Source: Anaerolineales bacterium (GTDB taxonomy: Bacteria > Chloroflexota > Anaerolineae > Anaerolineales > DRKV01). From it: DNA of 41,308 nucleotides. Under the pieces are notes generated by a model. That model made no database searches. It saw nothing but the letters and a program-made list of their open reading frames with translations, and was not told the origin of the DNA. The stretch is from assembly GCA_020061145.1 (NCBI GenBank), contig JAGUYX010000113.1, positions 1 through 41,308 of the forward strand, written 5' to 3'. The translations under genes were made by a program, and so were the position numbers. Shown piece by piece: positions 1-8,659 of this stretch; position 1 is the stretch's first letter; each line of letters begins with the position of its first letter.

Positions 1-674
1 GCCGAGACAAATGTGTTTACCCACCAGGCTGGCTCAGGAGCCTGTTTGGCACGTAAGCATTCCCATAGAATCCGGGTAAAAGCCACACAGCAGGCGTTCG
101 ATGCCCGGTCGTTGTGGGTGATCATCCCGGCCAGGGCTGCATCTGCCCACAGCGCCGCAGACGGCTGGCGCAGGTGGGGAATCAGCACCGGCGCAATGCG
201 CATCAGCGCGCCGTTTCCAGCGGATGGCTGACCGGATTGTTCCCAGGGTAGTCCCTGATCTTTGTAACTGCGCAGGAAAGCTCTGACCGTGCTGCCGATG
301 CCGAAAATTTGATTCTGGCTGAACTTGCGCGCCAGATGTTCGGGATTTAACCCCCCGTCTTCCAGGGATTGTTCCAGGGTCCAAAATGCCATTTGGGAGT
401 CGTCTGTCGGCATCCCGACCGGGCGATCGTTGGCGTGCCGGTTGGGCAGGTAATCGCGGATTTCACCATAGGTCTGGCGGCGAACGGGCGGCAGCCGCGA
501 CTCGGTCGTATTCCCCAGGGCGTCGCCAATTGCCACACCAAGCAGCATGCCTTCAACGCGCTCAAAATCCCAATCTACGGGAAGCGGAGCCGGCGCCAGT
601 TTCAGGAAAGGCGCCGGTTCGAGGGCAATCCGCCCTTTATCGAAAAGTTGGTCCAGCAGGGAGGTGTTATCCAT
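1..674 (-). CDS. ADP-ribosylglycohydrolase family protein (partial, runs off the window)
   Basis: Manual minus-strand translation from ATG at 674: MDNTSLLDQLF...GMLLGVAIGDALG...PTDDSQMA...SAGNGALMRIAP...ITHND. These are ARH/DraG family motifs. Absent from the ORF track because there is no stop in the window. Confidence 0.9.
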   Translation of the reverse strand, partial: MDNTSLLDQLFDKGRIALEPAPFLKLAPAPLPVDWDFERVEGMLLGVAIGDALGNTTESRLPPVRRQTYGEIRDYLPNRHANDRPVGMPTDDSQMAFWTLEQSLEDGGLNPEHLARKFSQNQIFGIGSTVRAFLRSYKDQGLPWEQSGQPSAGNGALMRIAPVLIPHLRQPSAALWADAALAGMITHNDRASNACCVAFTRILWECLRAKQAPEPAWWVNTFVS

Positions 675-756
675 GTTCGTTGGGTCCAAATTCTCTAACA
701 ACCGCCCTGTTCAATAGCCGGTCTACAGAGGGAAGGGAACGCAGAGAGGAGGACAT
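667..756 (-). pseudogene. selA: Truncated 5' remnant of selenocysteine synthase SelA (29 aa)
   Basis: GGAG RBS, then MSSSLRSLPSVDRLLNRAVVREFGPNEHG*. LRxLPSVDxLL is the typical SelA N-terminal motif, and the ORF sits at the edge of a sel cluster lacking selA. Confidence 0.6.
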
Positions 757-1017
757 GCCTGGACAACTCCAGGCAAAAATAAGTCGTTCTCAGAACACAA
801 GTGTACCATCACGCGATGTCCCCGCCGTTGAAATAGATAATAAATCGGTCTAATCTAGATTGTTTTACCGATTTTCTACACTGTGCTGGATACATATACT
901 GCGGTTAATTGGTGAGGCGAGGACCCGTGTTTTTCCCCTTTCCTGGGAAAAACGAGATCAAATCCGTGAGGTCTGAAACTACCGCAGCCGACAGTCACGA
1001 GGAATTCAGGACTCTCC

Positions 1018-2769
1018 ATGCATCATTCCAACAAAAAGTGTTCAGCGTTCCTGTTTGCTTTTATTTGCATAACGGTTGTCCTGGCATTTACCACAGGTGT
1101 GCAGCCCATCCAGGCAGAAGAGGATACCTGTCTAAATTGCCACAGCGACCAGGAGTGGTTGAAGGAGTACACCGTGAATTGGTCTAAGGTGTACGTCGAT
1201 CCAACGCAGATGGCTGAGGAGGCTCACGGGGGATTGGATTGTGTCACATGCCACACCGGCGATCCAACGAAAGATACCCCCGAGGAAGCCTGTATCGGGA
1301 TTGCTTACAAAGATCCGGCCGCCCCGGAGACCGTGCGGAAGACTTGCGGAAGTTGCCATCCCGAAATCACCGATCGTCACCTGTCCTCAATTCACTCCAC
1401 ACTCAATGGCATTCGTCTTTCGCTACATGATTTGGTCGGTGAGGAAGAAGGCGAGGCTCGTTTTCAGGCTTCCTGCAATAAGTGCCATACAACCTGTTCA
1501 AGCTGCCACATGGAGCAGCCAGGCGCTCACGGCCTCCTTCAGCCGCAGGTAGAAAGCCATTCTTTCGCCGCCGAATCCTCAACGGATGTATGTGTTGCGT
1601 GCCATGACGGCACCGGGGTATCCTATTTGGGCAACCCTAAAGTTGAAGGGGCTGTGCCCAGCTCCATGGCGGAAGCAGGTATCGAGTGTATGGGGTGTCA
1701 TGTCGAAGAAGACGTACATGGCACTGGTGTACGCACCAATTTCCTTTCAGAAACAGAGAAACCAAAGTGTGAGACATGCCATAAGGATCCAGGTTACCTG
1801 GTAAGCGTCTCCGAAGGGCAGCGGCTCGCTCCCCAATTCGATGAGGAAAATCCGGCCCATGCTGATCACAAGAACTCCCTAAGCTGTGTAGCCTGCCATA
1901 CCCAATGGTATCAGAGCTGCTGGAACTGCCACGCTGGCCGCGAGGAAAGATCGACGACCGATGTTTACCTGGCGGTCAACCCGTTGACGAACCTGGTGCA
2001 CCCCGCAGTGCATTCCCCCGCGACCAGTCCGGACTGGGGTGACATCCCCGCAGAGATCGGCGGAGGCTGGGCGATTAAATCCCGGCACAGTTGGGGAGAG
2101 TCGTTAACTTGCGAGTACTGCCATACCGATGCAGCGGTTTATATCACAGGCAAGGATCGCCAGGCGCCTTTTGTCGGTGTTTGGGGGGAAGGTCGTGCAC
2201 AGGCCGCCTTTGTGGACGAGACCGCGATCCAACAGATCTTGATCGACGCGGAAGCGCTGGCTGCTGGCGTCCATAAAGATACAGGCTGTCTCGACTGCCA
2301 TTCCACGACCGATGATGCCGTTTGCAGTGAATGCCATGCAAACGTAGAAAAATCCGGATTGACACTTCTGGCTGATGAGACCGATTGGTCACGGACTGGC
2401 TACGCCACTACCCGCGACAATCTTCGGGAAATCGAAACCATCCTGATAGAGCTCGAGGCGCGGGGCATCCAAACTGGTGATTGGAGTGAGCAATGGTCAA
2501 GTATTAACGAAGACTATCTGCAGGGTTCGAAAACTTTCCACGACAAACCTGGAGAAACGCAAAAAGCGATGGATGAGATTGCCGGGAGGTCGGAGAACTT
2601 GATCGCAGAAGTCGACCGGGCAATGGAAAAAGATAACGCTCGCAGAGACTGGTTGCTGGCAGGCATTCCCTTTGGGCTCGGAGTCATAGGAGCAGTTGTA
2701 CTTGGTTATGTCGTCGAAAAACCAAATCGGAAGGATGAGGTGAATCACAAATGCGAAGAAACAGAGTGA
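1018..2769 (+). CDS. Membrane-anchored multiheme cytochrome c (13 CXXCH)
   Basis: N-terminal signal peptide, 13 counted CXXCH motifs, a helical region and a C-terminal TM helix. Confidence 0.93.
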   Translation: MHHSNKKCSAFLFAFICITVVLAFTTGVQPIQAEEDTCLNCHSDQEWLKEYTVNWSKVYVDPTQMAEEAHGGLDCVTCHTGDPTKDTPEEACIGIAYKDPAAPETVRKTCGSCHPEITDRHLSSIHSTLNGIRLSLHDLVGEEEGEARFQASCNKCHTTCSSCHMEQPGAHGLLQPQVESHSFAAESSTDVCVACHDGTGVSYLGNPKVEGAVPSSMAEAGIECMGCHVEEDVHGTGVRTNFLSETEKPKCETCHKDPGYLVSVSEGQRLAPQFDEENPAHADHKNSLSCVACHTQWYQSCWNCHAGREERSTTDVYLAVNPLTNLVHPAVHSPATSPDWGDIPAEIGGGWAIKSRHSWGESLTCEYCHTDAAVYITGKDRQAPFVGVWGEGRAQAAFVDETAIQQILIDAEALAAGVHKDTGCLDCHSTTDDAVCSECHANVEKSGLTLLADETDWSRTGYATTRDNLREIETILIELEARGIQTGDWSEQWSSINEDYLQGSKTFHDKPGETQKAMDEIAGRSENLIAEVDRAMEKDNARRDWLLAGIPFGLGVIGAVVLGYVVEKPNRKDEVNHKCEETE

Positions 2770-3395
2770 TTTTTGTGACTGTATTTGTTTTTGGCTTGAT
2801 CGCTGGCCTTGGCATCGGAATGATGATCGGTAGGGGTGGTTCAAACGCAGATCTGGCGCAGGCAAATACTGAACTGGAGGCCCGCCTGGATACAGCCACT
2901 GAAAACTATATGATCTTGATGAGGGAGTATAACAAGCTGTTTTCTTCGAAAACCGCTTTCCTCGCTGGATCTCCTGTTCAGGTGAGCTCTGCCTCTGAGA
3001 ACCAACCAGCCGTGATCGTGACGCAAGAGCCGACAACAACCTCTGAACCACAGGTAATTGCCACGAGCACCCCAACCCCTCTACCGGTTGGAGATACCGG
3101 CAAACCGGTTGCGGATTTTGAGGCGGAATCGATCAACGGAACCGGACCCCTGGAAGGGCCCCCTCCTCAGCCTTTCCAATTTACAGACAAGTCCACCGGA
3201 GTAATCACCAGTTGGTTATGGGACTTCGGCGATGGCACGACCAGCAATGAGCAGCATCCCTTGCATACCTATGAGAAGTGCCCTGGCGATGCCGAGCTGT
3301 GCACCGTGTCTCTGACGGTCTGCGGACCAGATGGCTGCGACACCATGACCAAGGTTGATTACTTGTGGGTCTCTGAGTCCTGCACCGGGTGCTAG
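2751..3395 (+). CDS. Membrane-anchored PKD-domain protein with Cys-rich C-terminus
   Basis: N-terminal TM, coiled-coil, Thr/Pro linker, PKD signature (PVADF...SWLWDFGDG...HTY), ends in CTGC. Confidence 0.85.
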   Translation: MRRNRVIFVTVFVFGLIAGLGIGMMIGRGGSNADLAQANTELEARLDTATENYMILMREYNKLFSSKTAFLAGSPVQVSSASENQPAVIVTQEPTTTSEPQVIATSTPTPLPVGDTGKPVADFEAESINGTGPLEGPPPQPFQFTDKSTGVITSWLWDFGDGTTSNEQHPLHTYEKCPGDAELCTVSLTVCGPDGCDTMTKVDYLWVSESCTGC

Positions 3396-3419
3396 CCGGG
3401 ACTTCCCATAAGATAACGA

Positions 3420-4595
3420 ATGGGAAAAGGTAGCATGCACTTCAAGAAACTCTTTCGTACACTCGCCGTTGCCACGGTCGTAGTTGTGTGGGGAGCCGGG
3501 TTAACCGTTTCCCGCACCGCGCTTGCCCGTGATGCAACCCAGGCAGCCAGCCCAGGGGATGAGTGCGTCACCTGCCACTCCACCCCCGGCCTGGGGATGC
3601 GTTTCACTACGGGTGAGATCGTCTCGGTCTACGTCGATCCGTGGCAGTGGGAGCAGTCCGTTCACGGTTCGACCCTACAATGCACCGCCTGTCACGCTGA
3701 CAGCGCGGTTTATCCTCACCTGGGGCGCGCAATTGCCCATCCGAGTCCCCGGGAGGTGGGGTACCTGACGCGCGGGTATGCTACCTGCGGTGAATGTCAC
3801 CAGCAACAGTATGTGGAATATCTGGGAAGCGTCCATGCGATCGCGCTCCGGGATGGCCAGGCCGAATCCGCGGTGTGCAGCGACTGCCATGGGGATCACG
3901 ACATCGAGCCGGCAGAAGCGAAACGAGATGGTTTGTCCGTCAGGACAGCTGTGATCAACTGTGGAAAATGTCACCAAGAGGAGTTCCAGCAGTATCAGAA
4001 TAGCGTGCATGGTAAAGCACTCTTGAATGGCGGTGATCCGAACGTTCCTGTCTGTGTAGACTGCCACGGTGTGCATGCCATGGGCGATCCAACGATGCCT
4101 GGATTTCGCCGTCAGTCACCCTATCTGTGCGCCTCCTGCCACGCGGATGAGGCGCTGATGAAAGAATATGGATTATCGGCCTCTGTTATGGAAACGTATG
4201 TCGCTGATTTCCATGGGACAACAATGCGGATGATTTCTTCTGATGATGCACCGATATCTGCCGGCGCTGCGCCTGGAGTAGCGATGTGTTACGACTGCCA
4301 CGGGGTCCATGAAATCCGCAGCATGGTCGATGCGCAAAACCCGGCCAGCGGTGATGGTTTGCTGGATATCTGCCAGGAGTGCCACGAGAACGCGCCGCAG
4401 GATTTCCCTGCCGCCTGGTTAGGGCATCGCAAGCCAGATTCCGACCGCTTTCCTCTTGTATTCTGGATCCAGCGCATTTACTCCATTGTAGTTGGTGGGA
4501 TGATTATCGTCTTTGTAGGCCATATCGGCCTCGACTTTGGGAAGATTATCGTTGGCAAGTTACGCGATGAGAGGAAGAGGAGGAGAGCTGAATGA
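3420..4595 (+). CDS. Nonaheme cytochrome c with C-terminal TM (CbcL-like c-type part)
   Basis: Signal peptide, 9 CXXCH, repeated SVH motifs, C-terminal TM with His. ATGA overlap with the cytochrome b gene. Confidence 0.9.
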   Translation: MGKGSMHFKKLFRTLAVATVVVVWGAGLTVSRTALARDATQAASPGDECVTCHSTPGLGMRFTTGEIVSVYVDPWQWEQSVHGSTLQCTACHADSAVYPHLGRAIAHPSPREVGYLTRGYATCGECHQQQYVEYLGSVHAIALRDGQAESAVCSDCHGDHDIEPAEAKRDGLSVRTAVINCGKCHQEEFQQYQNSVHGKALLNGGDPNVPVCVDCHGVHAMGDPTMPGFRRQSPYLCASCHADEALMKEYGLSASVMETYVADFHGTTMRMISSDDAPISAGAAPGVAMCYDCHGVHEIRSMVDAQNPASGDGLLDICQECHENAPQDFPAAWLGHRKPDSDRFPLVFWIQRIYSIVVGGMIIVFVGHIGLDFGKIIVGKLRDERKRRRAE

Positions 4596-5782
4596 GTGAA
4601 ATCAACCTGGAGAGGTTTAGCCGATTCTCTCGAAGTGAGCGCATCCAGCACGCCCTGTTGCTGGTCATGGTAACGTTGCTGGCGCTGACCGGACTGCCAC
4701 AAAAATTCAGTTCAATGGATTGGGCGCCGGTCATGATACGCATGCTCGGTGGTGTGGAGGTTGCCCGCCTTATTCATCGTTTCTGCGCATTCACTCTTAT
4801 CGCCGGGATGACCTATCACGTGTTGTATGGTTTGTATCGGCTGGTCTTAAAGCGCGCCAGGTTTGAAATGCTGCCCAGAATCAGGGATTTTAATGATTTG
4901 AAAGGAAACATCGCCTATTTCGTTGGAATCAAGAAAGAGCGACCGCGTTTCGAGCGCTTCAACTATATTGAAAAGTTTGAATATTGGGCGGTGCTGTGGG
5001 GGATGGTCGTGATGACGCTCACCGGCTTGATCTTATGGTTCCCTGCCAGTGCCGCCAGGATTTTGCCTGGGCTTGCCATTCCCGCTGCCAAAGCTGCTCA
5101 CAGCGGTGAAGCCTTCCTGGCTATAACCGCGGTCGTAATCTGGCACATGTATAACGCTCACATGAGTCCCAGGGTGTTCCCCATCAATAAGTCCATCTTC
5201 AATGGGAAGATCTCAAGGCATGAACTGATGAGCGAGCATGCAAGCGAGTACGAGCGCCTCACCGGCGAGGAAGTGCCGGGAGAAGTTCTTGCGGAACGGC
5301 CGGAGGTTTCTTGGTCCATGCTCCTGACTTCCGGTCTGGTGGGCGTGTTGCTGGTTAGTATGTTCACTATCTTGCTGTACTGGAGCATCACGCCGCCCAA
5401 GCCGGCTCTTCTGCCACCTCTTCACCCTCCTCTGGAGCGGAACTCGATCCTTGTGACGGAAACCCCTTACGGTGCAGACCCAACCGTTTTCTGGGCGGGG
5501 CTTCAGGCACCTCCCGTGGCAGACTTCTCTGTCGCTCAAGAAGAAGTGGGGGAGGGTGGAGCGGCCATCCAGGAACTCCGTTTCCACGACCAATCCACTG
5601 GCCAGGTGACGAGCTGGTTGTGGGATTTTGGCGATGGAGAGACCAGCATGGATCAAAACCCAGTGCACGTTTATAAAGGGACATGCCCGGCAGGCGATCA
5701 CTGTCTTGTTTCCCTGATTGCCTGCGGACCGGGTGGCTGTAACCGTCTTACAAGACCAACCTTGATCCAGCCGCACAGGTAA
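4592..5782 (+). CDS. Di-heme cytochrome b (FdnI/HydC-like) fused to a C-terminal PKD domain
   Basis: RF..ERIQH, LALTGLP, RLIHR, RFNYIEKFEYW, AHSGEA, IWHMY motifs, followed by PKD (SWLWDFGDG). Confidence 0.88.
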   Translation: MSEINLERFSRFSRSERIQHALLLVMVTLLALTGLPQKFSSMDWAPVMIRMLGGVEVARLIHRFCAFTLIAGMTYHVLYGLYRLVLKRARFEMLPRIRDFNDLKGNIAYFVGIKKERPRFERFNYIEKFEYWAVLWGMVVMTLTGLILWFPASAARILPGLAIPAAKAAHSGEAFLAITAVVIWHMYNAHMSPRVFPINKSIFNGKISRHELMSEHASEYERLTGEEVPGEVLAERPEVSWSMLLTSGLVGVLLVSMFTILLYWSITPPKPALLPPLHPPLERNSILVTETPYGADPTVFWAGLQAPPVADFSVAQEEVGEGGAAIQELRFHDQSTGQVTSWLWDFGDGETSMDQNPVHVYKGTCPAGDHCLVSLIACGPGGCNRLTRPTLIQPHR

Positions 5783-5846
5783 TAGCCCCTTGGTTAGTCA
5801 GCTATTCCCGTGAGAAACCGTCCGCCAATATCGTGAGGTAATCGGC

Positions 5847-6404
5847 ATGAGCAAACCTGGTTACACAGAACCGACGATCCTGGAGAGTTCCCTGACCCCT
5901 CTCATCCAACACTTTAATGATCACCTGGGCAAGGTGCGTTTTATCACCCTGCTCTCTCCCACCTGACCGAAGTGAATTGACAAAGGTACCCGTGCGGTAC
6001 GAAATGGTATCCTCGAAGCTTTTCCGGGTGCTGATATTGCGATCATGGTGGTCTGGATCAGTATGATGGAGGGTGATACTTTGGAAGCTGCGCGCAAAGG
6101 TAGCGAGACCTTGCCCGATCCCCGGATCCGATTCTTCTTCGACCCCATCCAGCAATCGGGGCAGGCCATCGCGGCCAGTCTGGGAAACCCCAGGGAAGTC
6201 GCCTGGGACGTTTACCTCTTCTACCCACCAGATTCCGTTTGGGAAGGACGGATCCCCCCCGGACCTGAGATGTACATGCATCAGTTGAGTGATAGCTGGG
6301 CAGACCAGGGACGCTTGTTTCAAGACCTGGAGCTGGGCAAGGAACTCCACCGCGAGATGTCCATACGAATTGACAGATACAAAGTCGGCAAAGTGAAAGA
6401 ATGA
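5847..6404 (+). CDS. Thioredoxin-fold selenoprotein with UxxU motif (TGA 5964, TGA 5973), 185 aa
   Basis: GAGG RBS and ATG 5847, reading ...KVRFITLLSPT-U-PK-U-IDKG... in frame with track ORF 6045..6404. Both TGAs occupy CxxC positions after a beta strand. Confidence 0.85.
5986..6000 (+). promoter_or_regulatory. Candidate SECIS hairpin
   Basis: GTACC-CGTGC-GGTAC starting 10 nt after the second TGA. The stem is short. Confidence 0.5.
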
Positions 6405-6874
6405 AGCGGCAAAGAGAGATTTGTAATACCCTGCTCCTGGCGTTGGCAACAGCCGTGCTTGCCGCTTGTATGTCTGGCACGGAGGCCTCGCCATCTCCCA
6501 TTATCCCCACACGGGCGGGAACACCTGCCCGTGAAACCACCGCTTCGCCTGCCCCCACACCAGTCCCACTCGCGCAGATGGCCGCAGATGAAGACGAACC
6601 CGGGAGTGAAGAGGGGGCGGAGGAGATCGATTGGGGAGAGGAGATCGGTCTCGATACTGTCATCGAGCTGGCGAAACGGGACGATCTGGTCGAAATTCAA
6701 TGGCACGTGATGCCGAACATCATCCGGGTGTTAATTGCAGATGGCAGTATTTATCATTTCAGGAATGAAAATTCAGGGATCGATATCATCAGAACTCTGG
6801 AGAATGCCGGTATCACGGTTGGGAAAGGAGGCGTTACCGTTCGATTCTCCTTTTGCAATTGAGAGGCGCCTTAA
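6401..6874 (+). CDS. Lipoprotein, probably with C-terminal CxU (C-N-U-E-A-P-stop); ends at 6862 if TGA is a stop
   Basis: Lipobox VLAAC and a Pro/Thr linker. TGA 6860 lies two codons after Cys, TAA follows at 6872, and a SECIS-like hairpin is present. Confidence 0.7.
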
Positions 6875-6892
6875 CCCTGGTCAGGGTTAGGG
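6869..6892 (+). promoter_or_regulatory. Candidate SECIS hairpin
   Basis: CCTTAACCCT-GGTC-AGGGTTAGGG: 10-bp stem with one G-U, loop 16 nt after the TGA, no U-tract. Confidence 0.65.
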
Positions 6893-6916
6893 AAGTGTCG
6901 GGTGAGCTTGGGAACG

Positions 6917-7285
6917 ATGCCATACAGCAGCCTCGTACTGCAATATTTTTATGCACGGAAAGGCCTCGGAGATGTGCAGGATCCCGATGGGATCGGTGAA
7001 GCCAGCAGCGAGCGGATCTACATTCGCATCGCAATACGGGTGAGTGAGGACCACATTGTGGAGGTCAAATATCGTTGCCCCACCTGTGTGGTTGCCATCG
7101 CCGCGTGCAGTGCCCTGGCAGATCGGGTTGAGAACCTGACCCTGGAGGAGGCAGCGCATGTTTCTCCGGACGAGCTGAGCGCCATGCTCGGCGGCATCCC
7201 AAAAGAGCGTTACGATCGTTGTATTCTTGCGGTCGATGCCTTGAAGAGAGCAATCAATAACTACAAAGTAAATCGAAAGGATTGA
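6917..7285 (+). CDS. IscU/NifU N-terminal-like scaffold protein (atypical)
   Basis: YSSLVLQYF...GDVQDPDGIGE...KYRCPTCVVAIAACSAL...LGGIP..RC..LAVDALKRAI matches the IscU fold. The first Cys loop is missing. Confidence 0.8.
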   Translation: MPYSSLVLQYFYARKGLGDVQDPDGIGEASSERIYIRIAIRVSEDHIVEVKYRCPTCVVAIAACSALADRVENLTLEEAAHVSPDELSAMLGGIPKERYDRCILAVDALKRAINNYKVNRKD

Positions 7286-7289
7286 GACC

Positions 7290-7622
7290 ATGAAAGTCGC
7301 CTATATCTTTTCTACCACGAATAGCCACAAGATCCTGGACACAATGATTCTGCCGCAATTGGAAGAAAAAAGGCATGGCGTTACCGTCGTTGGGATGTTT
7401 TTCTTTTTCGATAACACCTTCTTTCTCATGAACGGGACGGACATCGGGGCGCGCCTGCAGAAGATCCAGGGAGAAACGGGTATGCTGCTCATGGGCTGCG
7501 ACCAGTGCATTTTCGAGCGCCATCTTGCCGACAAACTCATTCCTGGCGCGCGCATGGGATGTTTCCCCGACCTGTATCAGGCATTGGGCCCTGCTGCACC
7601 TGATCAGGTGATCACGCTTTAG
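7290..7622 (+). CDS. DsrE-family (SaoD-like) sulfur/selenium relay protein
   Basis: MKVAYIF...MILPQLEE..HGV.VVGMFFFFDN...CDQC...GCFPDLY..L..PDQVITL, recognised from memory as the SaoD/DsrE family. Confidence 0.75.
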   Translation: MKVAYIFSTTNSHKILDTMILPQLEEKRHGVTVVGMFFFFDNTFFLMNGTDIGARLQKIQGETGMLLMGCDQCIFERHLADKLIPGARMGCFPDLYQALGPAAPDQVITL

Positions 7623-7709
7623 TTCTTCTTTCCCTTCCCGGCTCGTCCGGGAAAATCCTGATGGCGGAGGGCTGCCCCTCGGGAGACGAACGAGCGTTGA
7701 GGAAAAGCC

Positions 7710-8015
7710 GTGAACAAGATCCTGGTTGAGTTCTTCAGCACCTGCCCGGGTTGAAAAGCTGATGAGCAGTTGGTAACTGCTATCTGCGCCAGCCCTGCTT
7801 GGCGCGACAGGGTCGAGCTCAAGGTATATCGCCTGGACCAGGACCCTTCCGAGGGCAAAAGGTATGGGAATATTCGGGGAGCCACGGTCGTGATTAACCA
7901 GAGGGACATGCTTCGACGGATAAACGCCTATGCCTTGCAGCAAGCCTTAGCACAGGCAGAAACAAACCAGATAAACGAACACCTGGCCGTGAATAATGAG
8001 TGGTTCCATGAATAG
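7710..8015 (+). CDS. Thioredoxin-like selenoprotein, CxxU (SaoT-like); TGA at 7752
   Basis: GAGGA RBS and GTG 7710: MNKILVEFFSTCPG-U-KADEQL...VELKVY...KRYG...TVVIN, in frame with track ORF 7770..8015. Confidence 0.85.
7761..7784 (+). promoter_or_regulatory. Candidate SECIS hairpin
   Basis: GAT-G-AGCAGTT-GGT-AACTGCT-ATC, with the GGT loop 17 nt after the TGA. Confidence 0.75.
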
Positions 8016-8568
8016 CACTATGCTGATCCTCTTGTTCACCCTCCTCTCAACAGTGGCTCTTCTGCTGTTGGCAAACAAGCTCCGCCTTTTCCGCGACCGG
8101 GAAGTGGTTGGATCAATCCTTCATTTGGCGATCACTGACCGGGAAAGCGTGCGGCTTGGCATCGTAGCCGCGGCAATGTATGTGGCGGTTTTTATGATTT
8201 TTGGCGGTCAGGGTGGCCGTATCCATGTTTTTTGGGGACGCTGGATCCTCACCATGACCGCCGGTGATGCCGTTCTTGGCGTGTTCATCGCGTTCCTGAT
8301 CGGACTGGCGGTGGTCCTGATCTCCTACAGTATCAAAGCCATGGGATTGCCCAAGGCTGGAAAGGGCGGAATAGGCGTATTGGGCACGGCGCTTGCCATG
8401 CTTGCTTCTTTCTGTCCCTGATGACTCCCCATGATCACAGCTCTGGTCGGAGCTGCAGGAGCCGTATTCTTAGCCAGCTATTGGAGCCTGCTGGCGCTTT
8501 TGTCGATCGATATGCTCCTGGCCAGCGTTTTGATGTTGGTAGCGAAGTTGAGAGATGAGGCGACTTGA
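7996..8568 (+). CDS. Multi-TM membrane selenoprotein with CPUU motif (tandem TGA 8419, 8422), 190 aa
   Basis: The track ORF ends LASFCP. TGA TGA is followed by 47 further hydrophobic codons (LPMITALVGAAGAVFLASYWSLLALLSIDMLLASVLMLVAKLRDEAT*). Confidence 0.8.
8438..8455 (+). promoter_or_regulatory. Candidate SECIS hairpin
   Basis: CAGCTCT-GGTC-GGAGCTG with the loop 20 nt after the second TGA. CTCC/GGAG can form a lower stem. Confidence 0.72.
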
Positions 8569-8659
8569 ATATGACAGCCAAGCGAGTCCTAGTTAAGGAC
8601 TGGAACAACCAACCCGATAACCCTATGCCGTTGCTGCGTTTGTTCGAGACCGTTTAGAG

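Noticed and set aside
369-853. Plus-strand ORFs 369..698 and 386..853
   Set aside because: Shadow ORFs antisense to the ARH gene and selA remnant, with no recognisable motifs.
926-953. Hairpin in the 5' leader of the cytochrome operon (GTTTTTCCC/GGGAAAAAC)
   Set aside because: No riboswitch consensus that I can recognise and no U-tract. Function cannot be supported.
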